NCBI GenBank assembly: GCA_050741915.1
Contig: JBOGEX010000110.1
Span: 20,311-84,310 of the forward strand
Length of the DNA stretch: 64,000 nucleotides
Source: Acidimicrobiia bacterium
GTDB taxonomy: Bacteria; Actinomycetota; Acidimicrobiia; Spongiisociales; ZC4RG35
Direction of reading: 5' to 3'
This document shows, one piece after another, positions 26,958-35,719 of the stretch. The translations under genes and the position numbers were made by a program. Within the stretch, counting starts at the first letter, position 1. Each line of letters starts with the position of its first letter. The notes below the pieces were generated by a model, which saw only the letters and a list, made by a program, of their open reading frames with translations, did not search any database and had not been told where the DNA came from.

Positions 26958-29224
26958 CCCGTAGCGACCCCGACCGAGGCGCCTTGGGCGCCCTTTCGGA
27001 TCTCGTAGCGAACCGGCATTTGCTCGGCTAGCTCGGCGACATGGGTGACGATTCCAACCAGCTTGCCTTGCGCGCCCAGGTCGGCGATCACCCCCGCCAC
27101 GACTTCCAACGATTCGGCGTCGAGGGTGCCAAAGCCCTCGTCGAGAAAGAAAGAATCGAGACCAATTGCCCCGGCCGACGTCGCCACCTCCTCGGCCAGC
27201 GCTATCGCCAGAGCCAACGAAACGAGGAAGGTCTCCCCACCGGAAAGCGTCTTGACCGATCGGCGGTTGCCGGCCGAGAGGTGATCGATCACCTCGAAAT
27301 CTCGACCAGCCATCGCTAGCTGGTACTGACCCCGGGTCAGGTCTGCCAGCAATTTGTTCGCTCCAGACACGAGGGCGGCGAAGACCTCATCGAAAAGCCA
27401 CTTGCGAAACTTGTCCGCCCGCAAGACCAGCGTGAGCTGCCGCGCGAGTTCCTTGTCGGCGGCAGCTTCCTCCCGTTCCTGAGTGCAGCGAGCTGCATCT
27501 TCGAGGGCAGCCGCCACCTGCTCTCGCTTGGTCCGAGCGCCAACGTGTGACTCGACGACGACATCACGGATGGGGCGGGCGCCGACCTCGACCCCGAGCC
27601 CTCTCACCATTTCGACCAGGTCGCGTTGTGCCGAGTCTCGCTGCGCCTTGGCGTTGGACAGGGTGGCCTCAAGTTCGGTGAGCTGTAGCTGCAGATCGAC
27701 TCGCAGCTTGTCTCGCCATGCGAGAAGTTCGGGCCATCCCCCGTCGGGAAACGGCGGCTGGAGAGGAGCGGCCCGCGACCACGCTGCCTGAAATGCCTCG
27801 GCAACCCGTTCGCGGCGTTCGGCGAGCTTCACCAGTCTTTTCTCGTGCTGAGCAAGCTGCTCGACCGCGGTGCCGACTCTGGTGCGAACGGCGGCCAGGG
27901 CGGCGTCGTGCTGTGCGAGAGATTCCCAAACGTGATCCAGGTCGGGCGCCACTCCTTCTAATTTCTTGTTGAGTTCGCCCGCCCGCAGCTCGAGTCCTTG
28001 CAAGCGGTGACGTTGCTCGTCATAGGTTGCTTGCGCCTTGCTCGCGGCCGCATCGAGCTTTTCGAGGTAGCCGGCCGCTCGGGCGCGGGGAAGGCGGGTG
28101 ATGGTTTCTCCACACACCGGGCAGGGATCACCCGGTTTGAGCCCCCGGCGAAGGTGCGCCGCTCGATCAGTTTCGACTGCGACTTCGAAGAGCCGCCTGG
28201 CTTCAACCGCCTGAGCGGAGAGCGAAGCGATCGCGGCGGCGGCGGTGTCGCGTTCCTGCTCAACCAGAACCAGCTCACTTCGAGCCCGGATCCAGGCCTG
28301 CACGTCGGCACGGGCCGGAAACGCCGCCCCGGCCGCGACCACTTCGTCGAGCTCGGCCCTCCCAGCTTCGAACTCGAGGCGAGCGGCCGCCTCTGCTTCG
28401 GCGAGGTCGGCCACCTCCGATCCGACCTCGCGCCAACCGGCTGGCGGCTCCAGAGCCGCCAGCAGCACCGCATGCTCGCTTGCCAGTTGCAAACTTGCTT
28501 CCGCTTTCCCAACCGCGGCGGTGAGTGTTTCAATCGCTGGGAGCCGCTCATCGACATCGAGAAGAAGATCCCCCAGTTCTTTTTCCCGTGCTTGAGCGGT
28601 TTCCAGATCAAGAGTGGTGACTTCACCCAGCCTTCTCAGCTCTGCCTCGATCTGGTCCAGACGACCCTCGGCCAGCCTCTGGCGTCCGGTGGCGAGATTC
28701 GACACCCGTTCGTAGATGCCGAGATCCAACAAAGCAGTGAGAAGGTCCTGGCGTTGAGATGGCTTGTCGTGCAGGAAGCGGGCGAACTCCCCTTGTGGCA
28801 ATAGCACGCACGTGGTGAACTGATCGAAGTCGAGGCCGAGGAGAGTCGTAACCGCCTGAGTGACGGGGTCCGCCCTGATCGCAATGGTGTGTCCCTCTGA
28901 TTCGAGACTCGCCTCGTCGGTGTTGGCATTCTGACTGCGAGCGCTCTTTCGTACTCTGCGGGCGACGCGATAGGTGGTATCACCCACTGCGAAGTCGAGC
29001 CCCACCGTCGCCTCCATCTGACCCTGGGTGATCACCGGGGCCACCTTTCCCTTCCCGTGCCGGGGAACCGATCCGTAGAGGGCAAAACAGATCCCGTCGA
29101 GCACGGTGGTCTTGCCCGATCCGGTGGGGCCGGTGAGTGCGAAGAGCTCGACGTCGGTGAAGTCGAGCTCGGTGGGTTGGGAGAAGGCGCCAAAACCGGC
29201 CAGGTGGAGCCGCAGAGGTCTCAC
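26954..29224 (-). CDS. sbcC: SbcC/Rad50-family SMC-like ATPase
   Basis: N-terminal P-loop FALTGPTGSGKTTVLDGICFALYG. The mid-coil zinc hook is GDPCPVCGE. The C-terminus has the signature LSGGETFLVSLALAIAL and the Walker B FFLDEGFGTLD. Confidence 0.9.
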   Translation of the reverse strand: MRPLRLHLAGFGAFSQPTELDFTDVELFALTGPTGSGKTTVLDGICFALYGSVPRHGKGKVAPVITQGQMEATVGLDFAVGDTTYRVARRVRKSARSQNANTDEASLESEGHTIAIRADPVTQAVTTLLGLDFDQFTTCVLLPQGEFARFLHDKPSQRQDLLTALLDLGIYERVSNLATGRQRLAEGRLDQIEAELRRLGEVTTLDLETAQAREKELGDLLLDVDERLPAIETLTAAVGKAEASLQLASEHAVLLAALEPPAGWREVGSEVADLAEAEAAARLEFEAGRAELDEVVAAGAAFPARADVQAWIRARSELVLVEQERDTAAAAIASLSAQAVEARRLFEVAVETDRAAHLRRGLKPGDPCPVCGETITRLPRARAAGYLEKLDAAASKAQATYDEQRHRLQGLELRAGELNKKLEGVAPDLDHVWESLAQHDAALAAVRTRVGTAVEQLAQHEKRLVKLAERRERVAEAFQAAWSRAAPLQPPFPDGGWPELLAWRDKLRVDLQLQLTELEATLSNAKAQRDSAQRDLVEMVRGLGVEVGARPIRDVVVESHVGARTKREQVAAALEDAARCTQEREEAAADKELARQLTLVLRADKFRKWLFDEVFAALVSGANKLLADLTRGQYQLAMAGRDFEVIDHLSAGNRRSVKTLSGGETFLVSLALAIALAEEVATSAGAIGLDSFFLDEGFGTLDAESLEVVAGVIADLGAQGKLVGIVTHVAELAEQMPVRYEIRKGAQGASVGVATG

Positions 29225-30351
29225 GAGCCCACCTCATGGGCCTCGGCCAGCAGCTCGCTGAAAAGCGCTTCGAGGCGGGGGTCCTCAATCCCGACCGAGG
29301 TGAGGTACTCGCGAAAAAGCTCGGTCGGCTCCCGCCCCACCCGCACCGGCCGGTTGGGATCAGAGCCCTGGGTAAGCAGTCGGATCGCGACCGCGTTGGG
29401 GAATAGCTCGCGCACCTCGTCGGCCAGCCCCACCCGCCCCGCCTCCTCCAGCTCGACGCAGAGAAAGTCCTCTCCCACCTCGTCTCTCAACTCCCGGAGT
29501 TGTTCCAGGCTGCCGCGGATGGTTCGCAGACGGCGACCGCTTTCGAGACGGTGTTCGGCTACCTCGGCCGGAAGGCCCGGTTCGACAGTCACCAGCAACA
29601 CCGACTTCTGCTGATCCTGTTCGCCGAAGTCGAGCTGCAAGGGTGAGCCCGGGTACCAAACCGGAGCGGCGTACGGCATCCGCTGGCTGCGATGGAGGTG
29701 GCCCAGCGCCACGTAGCTGAGATGGCTGGGAAAGGCCGCGGCCGGGATGGCGTAGTCGAAGAGGTGGGCGGACCGCTCGCCACCACCTACAGCGCCGCCC
29801 GCGACCATGAGGTGACCGACGAGAAGGTTGACTGTGTCGGTGCTGATGCCTTCGCAGAGCGCTCCGATGATCGTTCGAACTCGGTCGGCATATGTGGATT
29901 GAAGTTCGGCCGAAGGCAATCCCAGCAGTTGTTCGACCCCGATGATTCCCCGCTTACTTATGAAGGGAACCAAGGCGATTTTGACGCCGAGATCGTCAAG
30001 CCGGAGAACACCTCCGTCATCGGGGGACCGAATGCTCGTGCCGACGGTGATCCGACCCAGGCGGAGCAGGGGGGCCACCGCTTTTAGTCGCTGGGGATGA
30101 TCGTGGTTGCCCGCCACCATCACGACCGGTGCCGCCAGGGCGAGATCGAGGAGGGCTTGATAGACGATCTCTTCGCTCGCCGGGCCCGGCGAGGCGGCGT
30201 CGAAGATGTCGCCAGCCACAACCACCAGGTCGACGCCTTCTGCTCCGGCCAAGGAGGCAATTTCGGAAAGGACTTGGCGATGCTCCTCCTCGCGGGAGCG
30301 ACCGCGGATGCTGCGGCCGACGTGCCAGTCGCCGGTATGGAGGATCTTCAC
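29221..30351 (-). CDS. sbcD: SbcD/Mre11-family nuclease
   Basis: KILHTGDWHVGR, VVVAGDIFD, MVAGNHD and GHLH are calcineurin-like phosphoesterase motifs. The GTG start lies 3 nt after the herA stop. Confidence 0.9.
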   Translation of the reverse strand: MKILHTGDWHVGRSIRGRSREEEHRQVLSEIASLAGAEGVDLVVVAGDIFDAASPGPASEEIVYQALLDLALAAPVVMVAGNHDHPQRLKAVAPLLRLGRITVGTSIRSPDDGGVLRLDDLGVKIALVPFISKRGIIGVEQLLGLPSAELQSTYADRVRTIIGALCEGISTDTVNLLVGHLMVAGGAVGGGERSAHLFDYAIPAAAFPSHLSYVALGHLHRSQRMPYAAPVWYPGSPLQLDFGEQDQQKSVLLVTVEPGLPAEVAEHRLESGRRLRTIRGSLEQLRELRDEVGEDFLCVELEEAGRVGLADEVRELFPNAVAIRLLTQGSDPNRPVRVGREPTELFREYLTSVGIEDPRLEALFSELLAEAHEVGS

Positions 30352-30354
30352 CCG

Positions 30355-32046
30355 TTAATCCAGACCCGCGAACGGATCCTCGGGTCCACGCCCGTTCGAT
30401 GTCGGGACGGCCTCGGAGGCACGGGTGGCCCAGGCGGGGAAGGGGAACTCAAGCACTAGCGGCACCGGCAGCTCGGGCTGGGACAGGACCATCGTCCCCG
30501 GCTTGATGATCGTGGCTCGCTGGCGATGAACAGCCGGCAGAAAACCGTACTCCTCGCGGGCAGCTTCCGCCGGGTCGAGGCGACCGACCACTCGCACCGC
30601 GCAGTTAGCGATGATGCGTCGTTCCACCTCGCTGGCAGTCTGCTGGGCGCCGATCAAGATGACCCCCAGGCTGCGACCACGCTCGGCGACATCGAGCAGG
30701 ATTTCCTTGATGGGGCTTTGACCCTCCCGCGGGGCGTACTTGTTGAGCTCATCGAGTACGAGGAAGAGCATCTCGGCGGTCTGACCGGAACGCTCTTTGT
30801 CGTCGAAGGCCCTCTTCACTGTTACTCCAACGACAAAGCGCTTGGCGCGGTCGTGAAGGTTGTGGAGATCGACCACCGTCACTTGCTTCTCCAACTGGAT
30901 CCGGTTTCGAGCCGGATTGGGCTGATCGGCGCGGATGAGGTGTTCGACGTGGCGAATCGATCCTTGCAGACGGCGAACGAAGGCATTGACGGTTCCCTTG
31001 CCGATGGCCGGCCCCGCCCACTCGTGAGCATCGTCATCGCTTTGCACCTTGGCGCAGATGAGGTCGACCAGTTGGCGGAAGGTTCGAACCTCGGTTCCCT
31101 CGATCCTCACGCCCCCGTCGCCGATGGCGGTCGCCCTCCGCAGCTGAGCCATGACGTTGTAAACCACGATCGTGTATTGAGCCCGATCGTCCTCGGCCTC
31201 TGCGAAGAGGAAGGGCAGAAGATCGTCGGCGCAGAATTCGTCCAGCGTCCAAAAACAGGCGGTGACACCGGTCGTGCGAGAGGCGACATCGGGGGTGGCG
31301 ACGTTGGCGTTGCGACGCGGGGGCGCATAAACCTGTAACGAGCGGAACGCCTCCGGCGGGAGGTCGAGAGCCTTGTATCGCTGGCGTTGCTCGTCGTCGA
31401 GGGCGATGTTGGGATGGTCGAGGAAGATCAGATCCTCCCCTTTGACGTTGAATATCAAGGCCTTGGTGTTGACCGCCCGATTTCCCAGCACCCCGGAGTT
31501 GAAGAGGGAGTGGAGAAGGAAAGTGGCGTAGGTGGTCTTGGTAGCAACGCCACTGATTCCGGAGATATTGACGTGAGCGCCCCGCCTTCCGTCGATGAAC
31601 TCGAGGTTCACGAAGAGGGGGTCGCCCGAACGCGCCAAGCCCACCGGGAGTCGCTCCTTCATCCGGTCGAAGAAGAGGGCGCGATCGCGCTCTTCTCCGA
31701 CCGCGATGTGCACCTCTTGGCCGGGCCGGGGCGGTACAAAGATCTCCGGTTCAAAACGGGTGGCGGTGACCTGAGCCGCCTCGAACACCTCGGCCGGCAA
31801 CAATCCCTCCTCGATCAAGAAGACATCGGAGTCGAAACGAGCCCCCTCGTAGCGGGCCCGGACCTGGGCCACCATGCCGTAGATGCTGACGATCTCGCCG
31901 TTGGGGAGCGGCCTTTGCAGAGCGACGACGTCGTCCAACTGAAGGAAACGCTGCGGATCCACGCCCACCCAAAACTCGAGCGGCGTGGCATCTTCAGTGC
32001 CGATCACCCGCCCTACCGGGGCGGTCGCAGTCCCATCTCCATCCAC
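30355..32046 (-). CDS. herA: HerA-like (FtsK/HerA superfamily) hexameric ATPase
   Basis: HAS-barrel-like N-terminus GRVIGTEDATPLEFWVGV...GEIVSIYGMVAQV. The Walker B is LFLVLDELNKYAP, and the C-terminal motif is LGVILIGAQQTASEV..IANCAVRVVGRL. The P-loop region reads ISGISGVATKTT, which is non-canonical. Confidence 0.8.
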   Translation of the reverse strand: MDGDGTATAPVGRVIGTEDATPLEFWVGVDPQRFLQLDDVVALQRPLPNGEIVSIYGMVAQVRARYEGARFDSDVFLIEEGLLPAEVFEAAQVTATRFEPEIFVPPRPGQEVHIAVGEERDRALFFDRMKERLPVGLARSGDPLFVNLEFIDGRRGAHVNISGISGVATKTTYATFLLHSLFNSGVLGNRAVNTKALIFNVKGEDLIFLDHPNIALDDEQRQRYKALDLPPEAFRSLQVYAPPRRNANVATPDVASRTTGVTACFWTLDEFCADDLLPFLFAEAEDDRAQYTIVVYNVMAQLRRATAIGDGGVRIEGTEVRTFRQLVDLICAKVQSDDDAHEWAGPAIGKGTVNAFVRRLQGSIRHVEHLIRADQPNPARNRIQLEKQVTVVDLHNLHDRAKRFVVGVTVKRAFDDKERSGQTAEMLFLVLDELNKYAPREGQSPIKEILLDVAERGRSLGVILIGAQQTASEVERRIIANCAVRVVGRLDPAEAAREEYGFLPAVHRQRATIIKPGTMVLSQPELPVPLVLEFPFPAWATRASEAVPTSNGRGPEDPFAGLD

Positions 32047-32133
32047 CCGACCGAGGCTATCAAAGCCCTCCGACAGAAACGCGGACCATTCTCGCCATCA
32101 CGGCATGCACGAAGTCGGATCCCTCGGTTTGGC

Positions 32134-32310
32134 CTAATCAAATGGTGGTTTCGGCGGCACCTCGAGCGGGCGAAATTGAAGGCCCGGCTGGGGACGATTC
32201 TCGCCGAATCCCTCCTTGTCCCAGTGCCCGTGCCTGTCTCGCCGAGCTAGAAACCGCGCTAGGACGATCATCCCGGCGATAAAGGCTCCGACGACCAGCC
32301 AGCCTTCCAT
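32134..32310 (-). CDS. Candidate 58-aa single-pass membrane protein (below the ORF-track threshold)
   Basis: MEGWLVVGAFIAGMIVLARFLARRDRHGHWDKEGFGENRPQPGLQFRPLEVPPKPPFD. It has one hydrophobic helix followed by a charged tail. GGAAGAGAG lies 5-13 nt upstream of the ATG. It ends 88 nt upstream of herA on the same strand. Confidence 0.35.
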   Translation of the reverse strand: MEGWLVVGAFIAGMIVLARFLARRDRHGHWDKEGFGENRPQPGLQFRPLEVPPKPPFD

Positions 32311-32372
32311 GCGGACTCTCTTCCGTAGCCTTGCCTTAGATGGTAATTCGTTGCCCAGCGACCGTTCGAAAC

Positions 32373-32481
32373 CAAATCTGGCGGCTCAGCATCACTTCTG
32401 AGCAAATCTGGCGCGCTGGTATCACCGTCTGATACTGCTGCGCCAGATTTCGTCTGGAGTGATACGTGTGCGCCAAATTTG
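32373..32481. repeat. Composite hairpin repeat cluster H1 (4 units, 2 forward + 2 reverse)
   Basis: CAAATCTGGCGgctcagcATCAC / CAAATCTGGCGCgctgGTATCAC / GATACtgctGCGCCAGATTT / GTGATACgtgtGCGCCAAATTTG. Forward unit starts are 30 nt apart and reverse unit ends are 31 nt apart. Confidence 0.85.
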
Positions 32482-32535
32482 GGGGCGCCATCGGCCACTG
32501 CCTGGTTCCACCCGTTGTGGCACACTTTTGCCGCC

Positions 32536-35500
32536 ATGGCATCCGACGCTGATCTGCTGTCTTTGCTGACGATCGCCAAGGTGCCGGTTTCGATAAACAC
32601 GGCAGCCCTTGCCTTAGACATTTCCCCGTCCGAGGTCAGAACCATCAGCGGCCGCCTCGAGGATGGTGGCGACATCGTCGAAACAGGCGGCGGTTACACC
32701 CTGGCTCCAGGAAAGGGCGTCGAGGTAAAACCGGCCCTGGCTGCTTTTCTCGCCGAGAAACTAGCACACAACCTGGAAGCGGGCCCGACCGTAAAGGGGC
32801 GGCTCCTCTTGGAAGCAGGGAAGGCCGAGGAGGCGTGGTCGTTCCTCAGCGAAGAAGCCCTCGATCGTGGGCATCGGCGAGGAGACTCCGACCGGGCCGC
32901 GATCATCCAACTTGCTCTCCAGGCTCGAGAGGCCTCCGAAATTGAAGGTGGGGAGGCCGAAGGTCGGTTGCGTCTGCAGCTGGCCATGCTCCACCGGTGG
33001 GCGGGCCGATCTGAGGAGTCGGAGCGCGAAATCGAAAGCGCAGTTCGCCTGCTCTCAGGCGAGGAATTGGTAAACGCTCTTGGGTTTGCAGCCGCGGTAG
33101 CCGACGACCGCCAGCACCCGCAGGCAGCCGAGCGGTGGGTGGCGATGGCTGAGTCCGCGGCTGCTGCTCTGGGAATGCCGGCCAAACTCGGCTCCCTCCT
33201 GACCTTTCACGGTCGGGAACTGTCACGGCTCGGCTTTGCCACTGAGGCGAATGCGGCGCTCGAGCGCGGTGAGGCGCTGCTCGATCTGTATGGGTCGACT
33301 GTTCAGCGCTATTACGGCCGGCTCAATCGCGGCTGGCTCGAATTCGATCAGGGCAACGTCGGCAAGGCCGAAATGGACTTCGCGTTCCTCGTCGAAGAGG
33401 CCGGCTCTCTGGAGGGGGAAGCATCGCTGGCCACCAACCTGGCTTGTTGGGCACGAACGCTCTTTGCCAGCGGACGGCCCGATCGCGCCAAGGAGGTAGT
33501 CGCGCAAGCTCTAGAGCTCGCCGACCGCGCCGAGTCAAAAGCAGCCTCGATGATTGCGCGGATGGGTGAAACCGAAGGGGCGCTACTTTTCGACATGGCG
33601 GAAGATGCGCTGGCCAGCGCGGACGGTGCTCTAGAGATTGCCCTCGCCCACCTACCCGCTTGGGAGAACGCCAATCGATACCTTAAGGCTCGAGCGCTCG
33701 CGCTGGCCGACCGCTCCGACGAAGCCCGCGTTGAACTCGATTCCGCCCTGGCGGCTACACCTTTGGGAGGAGACGGTCTTCGCTGGCGAAGCCGTATCGA
33801 AGCCTTCCAACTCCAACTCGCCGAAGTCTGGAACCGCGACCGGGCGGCTGACCTCACCGATCAACTTCTCCAAAGCGGCTGGTTGGGAGCAGCGACGGAT
33901 TTGATGATCGCCCGCGCAACGCGAGATCGCGACACAGATCTCGCCGGCGACGCGGTCGCACTGGCCATGCAGCTCGGGAATTTCGTTCAGGCCGCAAAAG
34001 CCATCGAAGCCGGCAGGTTGTGGAGTGATCCAATCGCCAGATCGGTGGCGGCCCGGCTGCGCAGCCTTCCAGCCGGCTGGGCGCCCGCAGTGATGTCCAA
34101 TCCTGCCGTCGCTTCCGCCATTGCTCTCTCAACGACCGAGGACCAAGACGACGATTTGCTGCTTTCCAGGATCGACCAGGCGATGGAGGCTGCGGGTCTT
34201 TCAGGCGACCTGGTACTGAGCCCGGCGCAAAGGCGGGCGGCCGGCCTCCATCATCGACGCCGCCAACGACGACGTCCCGCTTGGCAATTGGCGGCGGGAG
34301 CCCTGGCCGTCGCTGTCCTCGCAGTGGGTTCGGCCGCGGTCACGATCAACCTCCTGGCGCCGCCCAGCACTCCGACGATCACCACGGCAACTTCCCAGGC
34401 GCCAACCACGTTCGTTGCGGCGATCGAGGACACCGTCGTTCCGCCCCCCGACACCAGACTCAACGGCATCTACCCAGTCCGGGGGGGGACAAGCCGCTCC
34501 GGAGTTTCAACCGGAGGCTTCCGGGAGGTCTCGGGCTTCTACTGGCGTCAAGCCCCTGGTGGGAGCATCGTCACCTCGGCTATTTCCTATGGCGCGTACG
34601 TTTACTTCGGCACCGACGAAGACATCGTGTATGGCCTGGAGATGCAGACAGGTCTGCTGAACATGAGGGTTCTCTCCGATGCCCCAATCACCTCTGACCT
34701 AGCGGTCGGGCAACCGAGCGGAGGCGCGGGCGAACAGTCGGCTTTGATTCTCACCTTCTCTACAGCCGATGGTGTTGCGTTTGGGTACGACGGCCTGAGA
34801 AGTGGCCCGGCGATCTGGCAAAGTCCGATTGGTCGCGCTCCAGGGGCTCCCTTGATCACAGAAGACAAGGTTGTATTTGCCACCACCGAAGGGCTTCTGC
34901 ATGCATTGGAACTGACGAGCGGGCGGGAGATCTGGAGGTTCGATACTGGTGGCGAGAGCTTCACCTCCGGACCGGCTGAGTCCGGCGGTGTGATCTATGC
35001 GGTTGCTCGCAACGGATATCTCTATTTGATCGATGCGGCGACTGGGACCCCTTTGTGCGAGAACCCCGTAACTTTGACCGGTAGCACCGTCGCCAGTCCG
35101 GTCGTGACAGGCGACGCCGTCTTCGTCGGTCTCGAGTCGCCGCCGGGCATTCACGTATACGGTGAAAGCTCCTGCGGGGTGCCGAGCGACGGCTACTCCG
35201 CCTTCTATCCGAGTTCGACCTCAGTGCGACTTGGTCCCGCCATGACCGCCGAAACGATGTACATGATCGAGGAGCGCAACTTGATCGCTCTCGCTCTCGA
35301 TCCGTCACTCTGGACCGATCCCACTGAGCTTCCCTCACCCTGGAAGAGCGTCTTCTCGACCGACAACCTCATCACCACGGCCCCGGTCTTGGCCGATGGT
35401 TTGATATACATCGGCACCCAGGACGGACTGGTGCTGGCGGCGGACGCCGCCACCGGCCGGGAAGCTTGGCGATTCTCGACCGGGGCCGCGATCAGAGGCG

Positions 35501-35574
35501 AGATCGTCGTCGTGCCTGGAGCCGTTTTCGCCACCACTGCCCAAGGCGAGCTAGTCGTCATCGCCGGTGAATGA
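32536..35574 (+). CDS. Membrane-spanning protein: N-terminal wHTH-like domain + TPR-like helical region + TM helix + extracytoplasmic PQQ/BamB-like beta-propeller
   Basis: N-terminus: DLLSLLTIAKVPVSINTAALALDISPSEVRTISGRLEDGG. This is followed by ~500 aa of Ala/Leu-rich helical repeats and then RRRQRRRPAWQLAAGALAVAVLAVGSAAV. The C-terminus has repeated blades (VYFGTDEDIVYGLEMQTG, VVFATTEGLLHALELTSGREIWRF, VIYAVARNGYLYLIDAATG, LIYIGTQDGLVLAADAATGREAWRF). The start is uncertain: the ATG at 32536 has no obvious SD, and the alternative TTG at 32479 lies inside repeat H1. Confidence 0.75.
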   Translation: MASDADLLSLLTIAKVPVSINTAALALDISPSEVRTISGRLEDGGDIVETGGGYTLAPGKGVEVKPALAAFLAEKLAHNLEAGPTVKGRLLLEAGKAEEAWSFLSEEALDRGHRRGDSDRAAIIQLALQAREASEIEGGEAEGRLRLQLAMLHRWAGRSEESEREIESAVRLLSGEELVNALGFAAAVADDRQHPQAAERWVAMAESAAAALGMPAKLGSLLTFHGRELSRLGFATEANAALERGEALLDLYGSTVQRYYGRLNRGWLEFDQGNVGKAEMDFAFLVEEAGSLEGEASLATNLACWARTLFASGRPDRAKEVVAQALELADRAESKAASMIARMGETEGALLFDMAEDALASADGALEIALAHLPAWENANRYLKARALALADRSDEARVELDSALAATPLGGDGLRWRSRIEAFQLQLAEVWNRDRAADLTDQLLQSGWLGAATDLMIARATRDRDTDLAGDAVALAMQLGNFVQAAKAIEAGRLWSDPIARSVAARLRSLPAGWAPAVMSNPAVASAIALSTTEDQDDDLLLSRIDQAMEAAGLSGDLVLSPAQRRAAGLHHRRRQRRRPAWQLAAGALAVAVLAVGSAAVTINLLAPPSTPTITTATSQAPTTFVAAIEDTVVPPPDTRLNGIYPVRGGTSRSGVSTGGFREVSGFYWRQAPGGSIVTSAISYGAYVYFGTDEDIVYGLEMQTGLLNMRVLSDAPITSDLAVGQPSGGAGEQSALILTFSTADGVAFGYDGLRSGPAIWQSPIGRAPGAPLITEDKVVFATTEGLLHALELTSGREIWRFDTGGESFTSGPAESGGVIYAVARNGYLYLIDAATGTPLCENPVTLTGSTVASPVVTGDAVFVGLESPPGIHVYGESSCGVPSDGYSAFYPSSTSVRLGPAMTAETMYMIEERNLIALALDPSLWTDPTELPSPWKSVFSTDNLITTAPVLADGLIYIGTQDGLVLAADAATGREAWRFSTGAAIRGEIVVVPGAVFATTAQGELVVIAGE

Positions 35575-35598
35575 ATCGGAACTCCGGCCAGGTTCTGA

Positions 35599-35708
35599 GC
35601 AAATTTGTTGCACTACGACCATTTCCAGGCAAATTCGGTGCACGACGACCAACGGTCGGTCGCCCTGCAACAGGTTTCGCTAGAAGTGGTCGTAGTGCGC
35701 CAAATTTG
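35599..35708. repeat. Composite hairpin repeat cluster H2 (4 units, 2 forward + 2 reverse)
   Basis: GCAAATTTGTTGCACTACGACC / GCAAATTCGGTGCACGACGACC / GGTCGGTCGCCCTGCAACAGGTTTCGC / GGTCGTAGTGCGCCAAATTTG. The outer units are complementary at 19/21 positions. It fills the convergent gap between 35574 and 35720. Confidence 0.85.
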
Positions 35709-35719
35709 TGCTCGGTCGG

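Noticed and set aside
32355-32372. tRNA-like GTTCGAAACC string
   Set aside because: There is no acceptor or anticodon stem context around it. I recognised no tRNA or rRNA gene anywhere in the window.
32373-32481. H1/H2 as integron attC sites or a mini-CRISPR array
   Set aside because: The two-forward, two-reverse layout superficially resembles the attC R''-L''/L'-R' arrangement. However, I found no RYYYAAC/GTTRRRY core sites and no integrase nearby. Each locus has only four units in mixed orientation, there are no unique spacers and there are no cas genes. CRISPR is therefore excluded.
32268-32675. 135-aa minus-strand ORF, and the 61-aa plus ORF (32216..32401), spanning repeat cluster H1
   Set aside because: They run through the hairpin repeats and into the start of the large plus-strand gene. 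Neither has a motif or a plausible RBS. The open frames are more likely by-products of the repeat.
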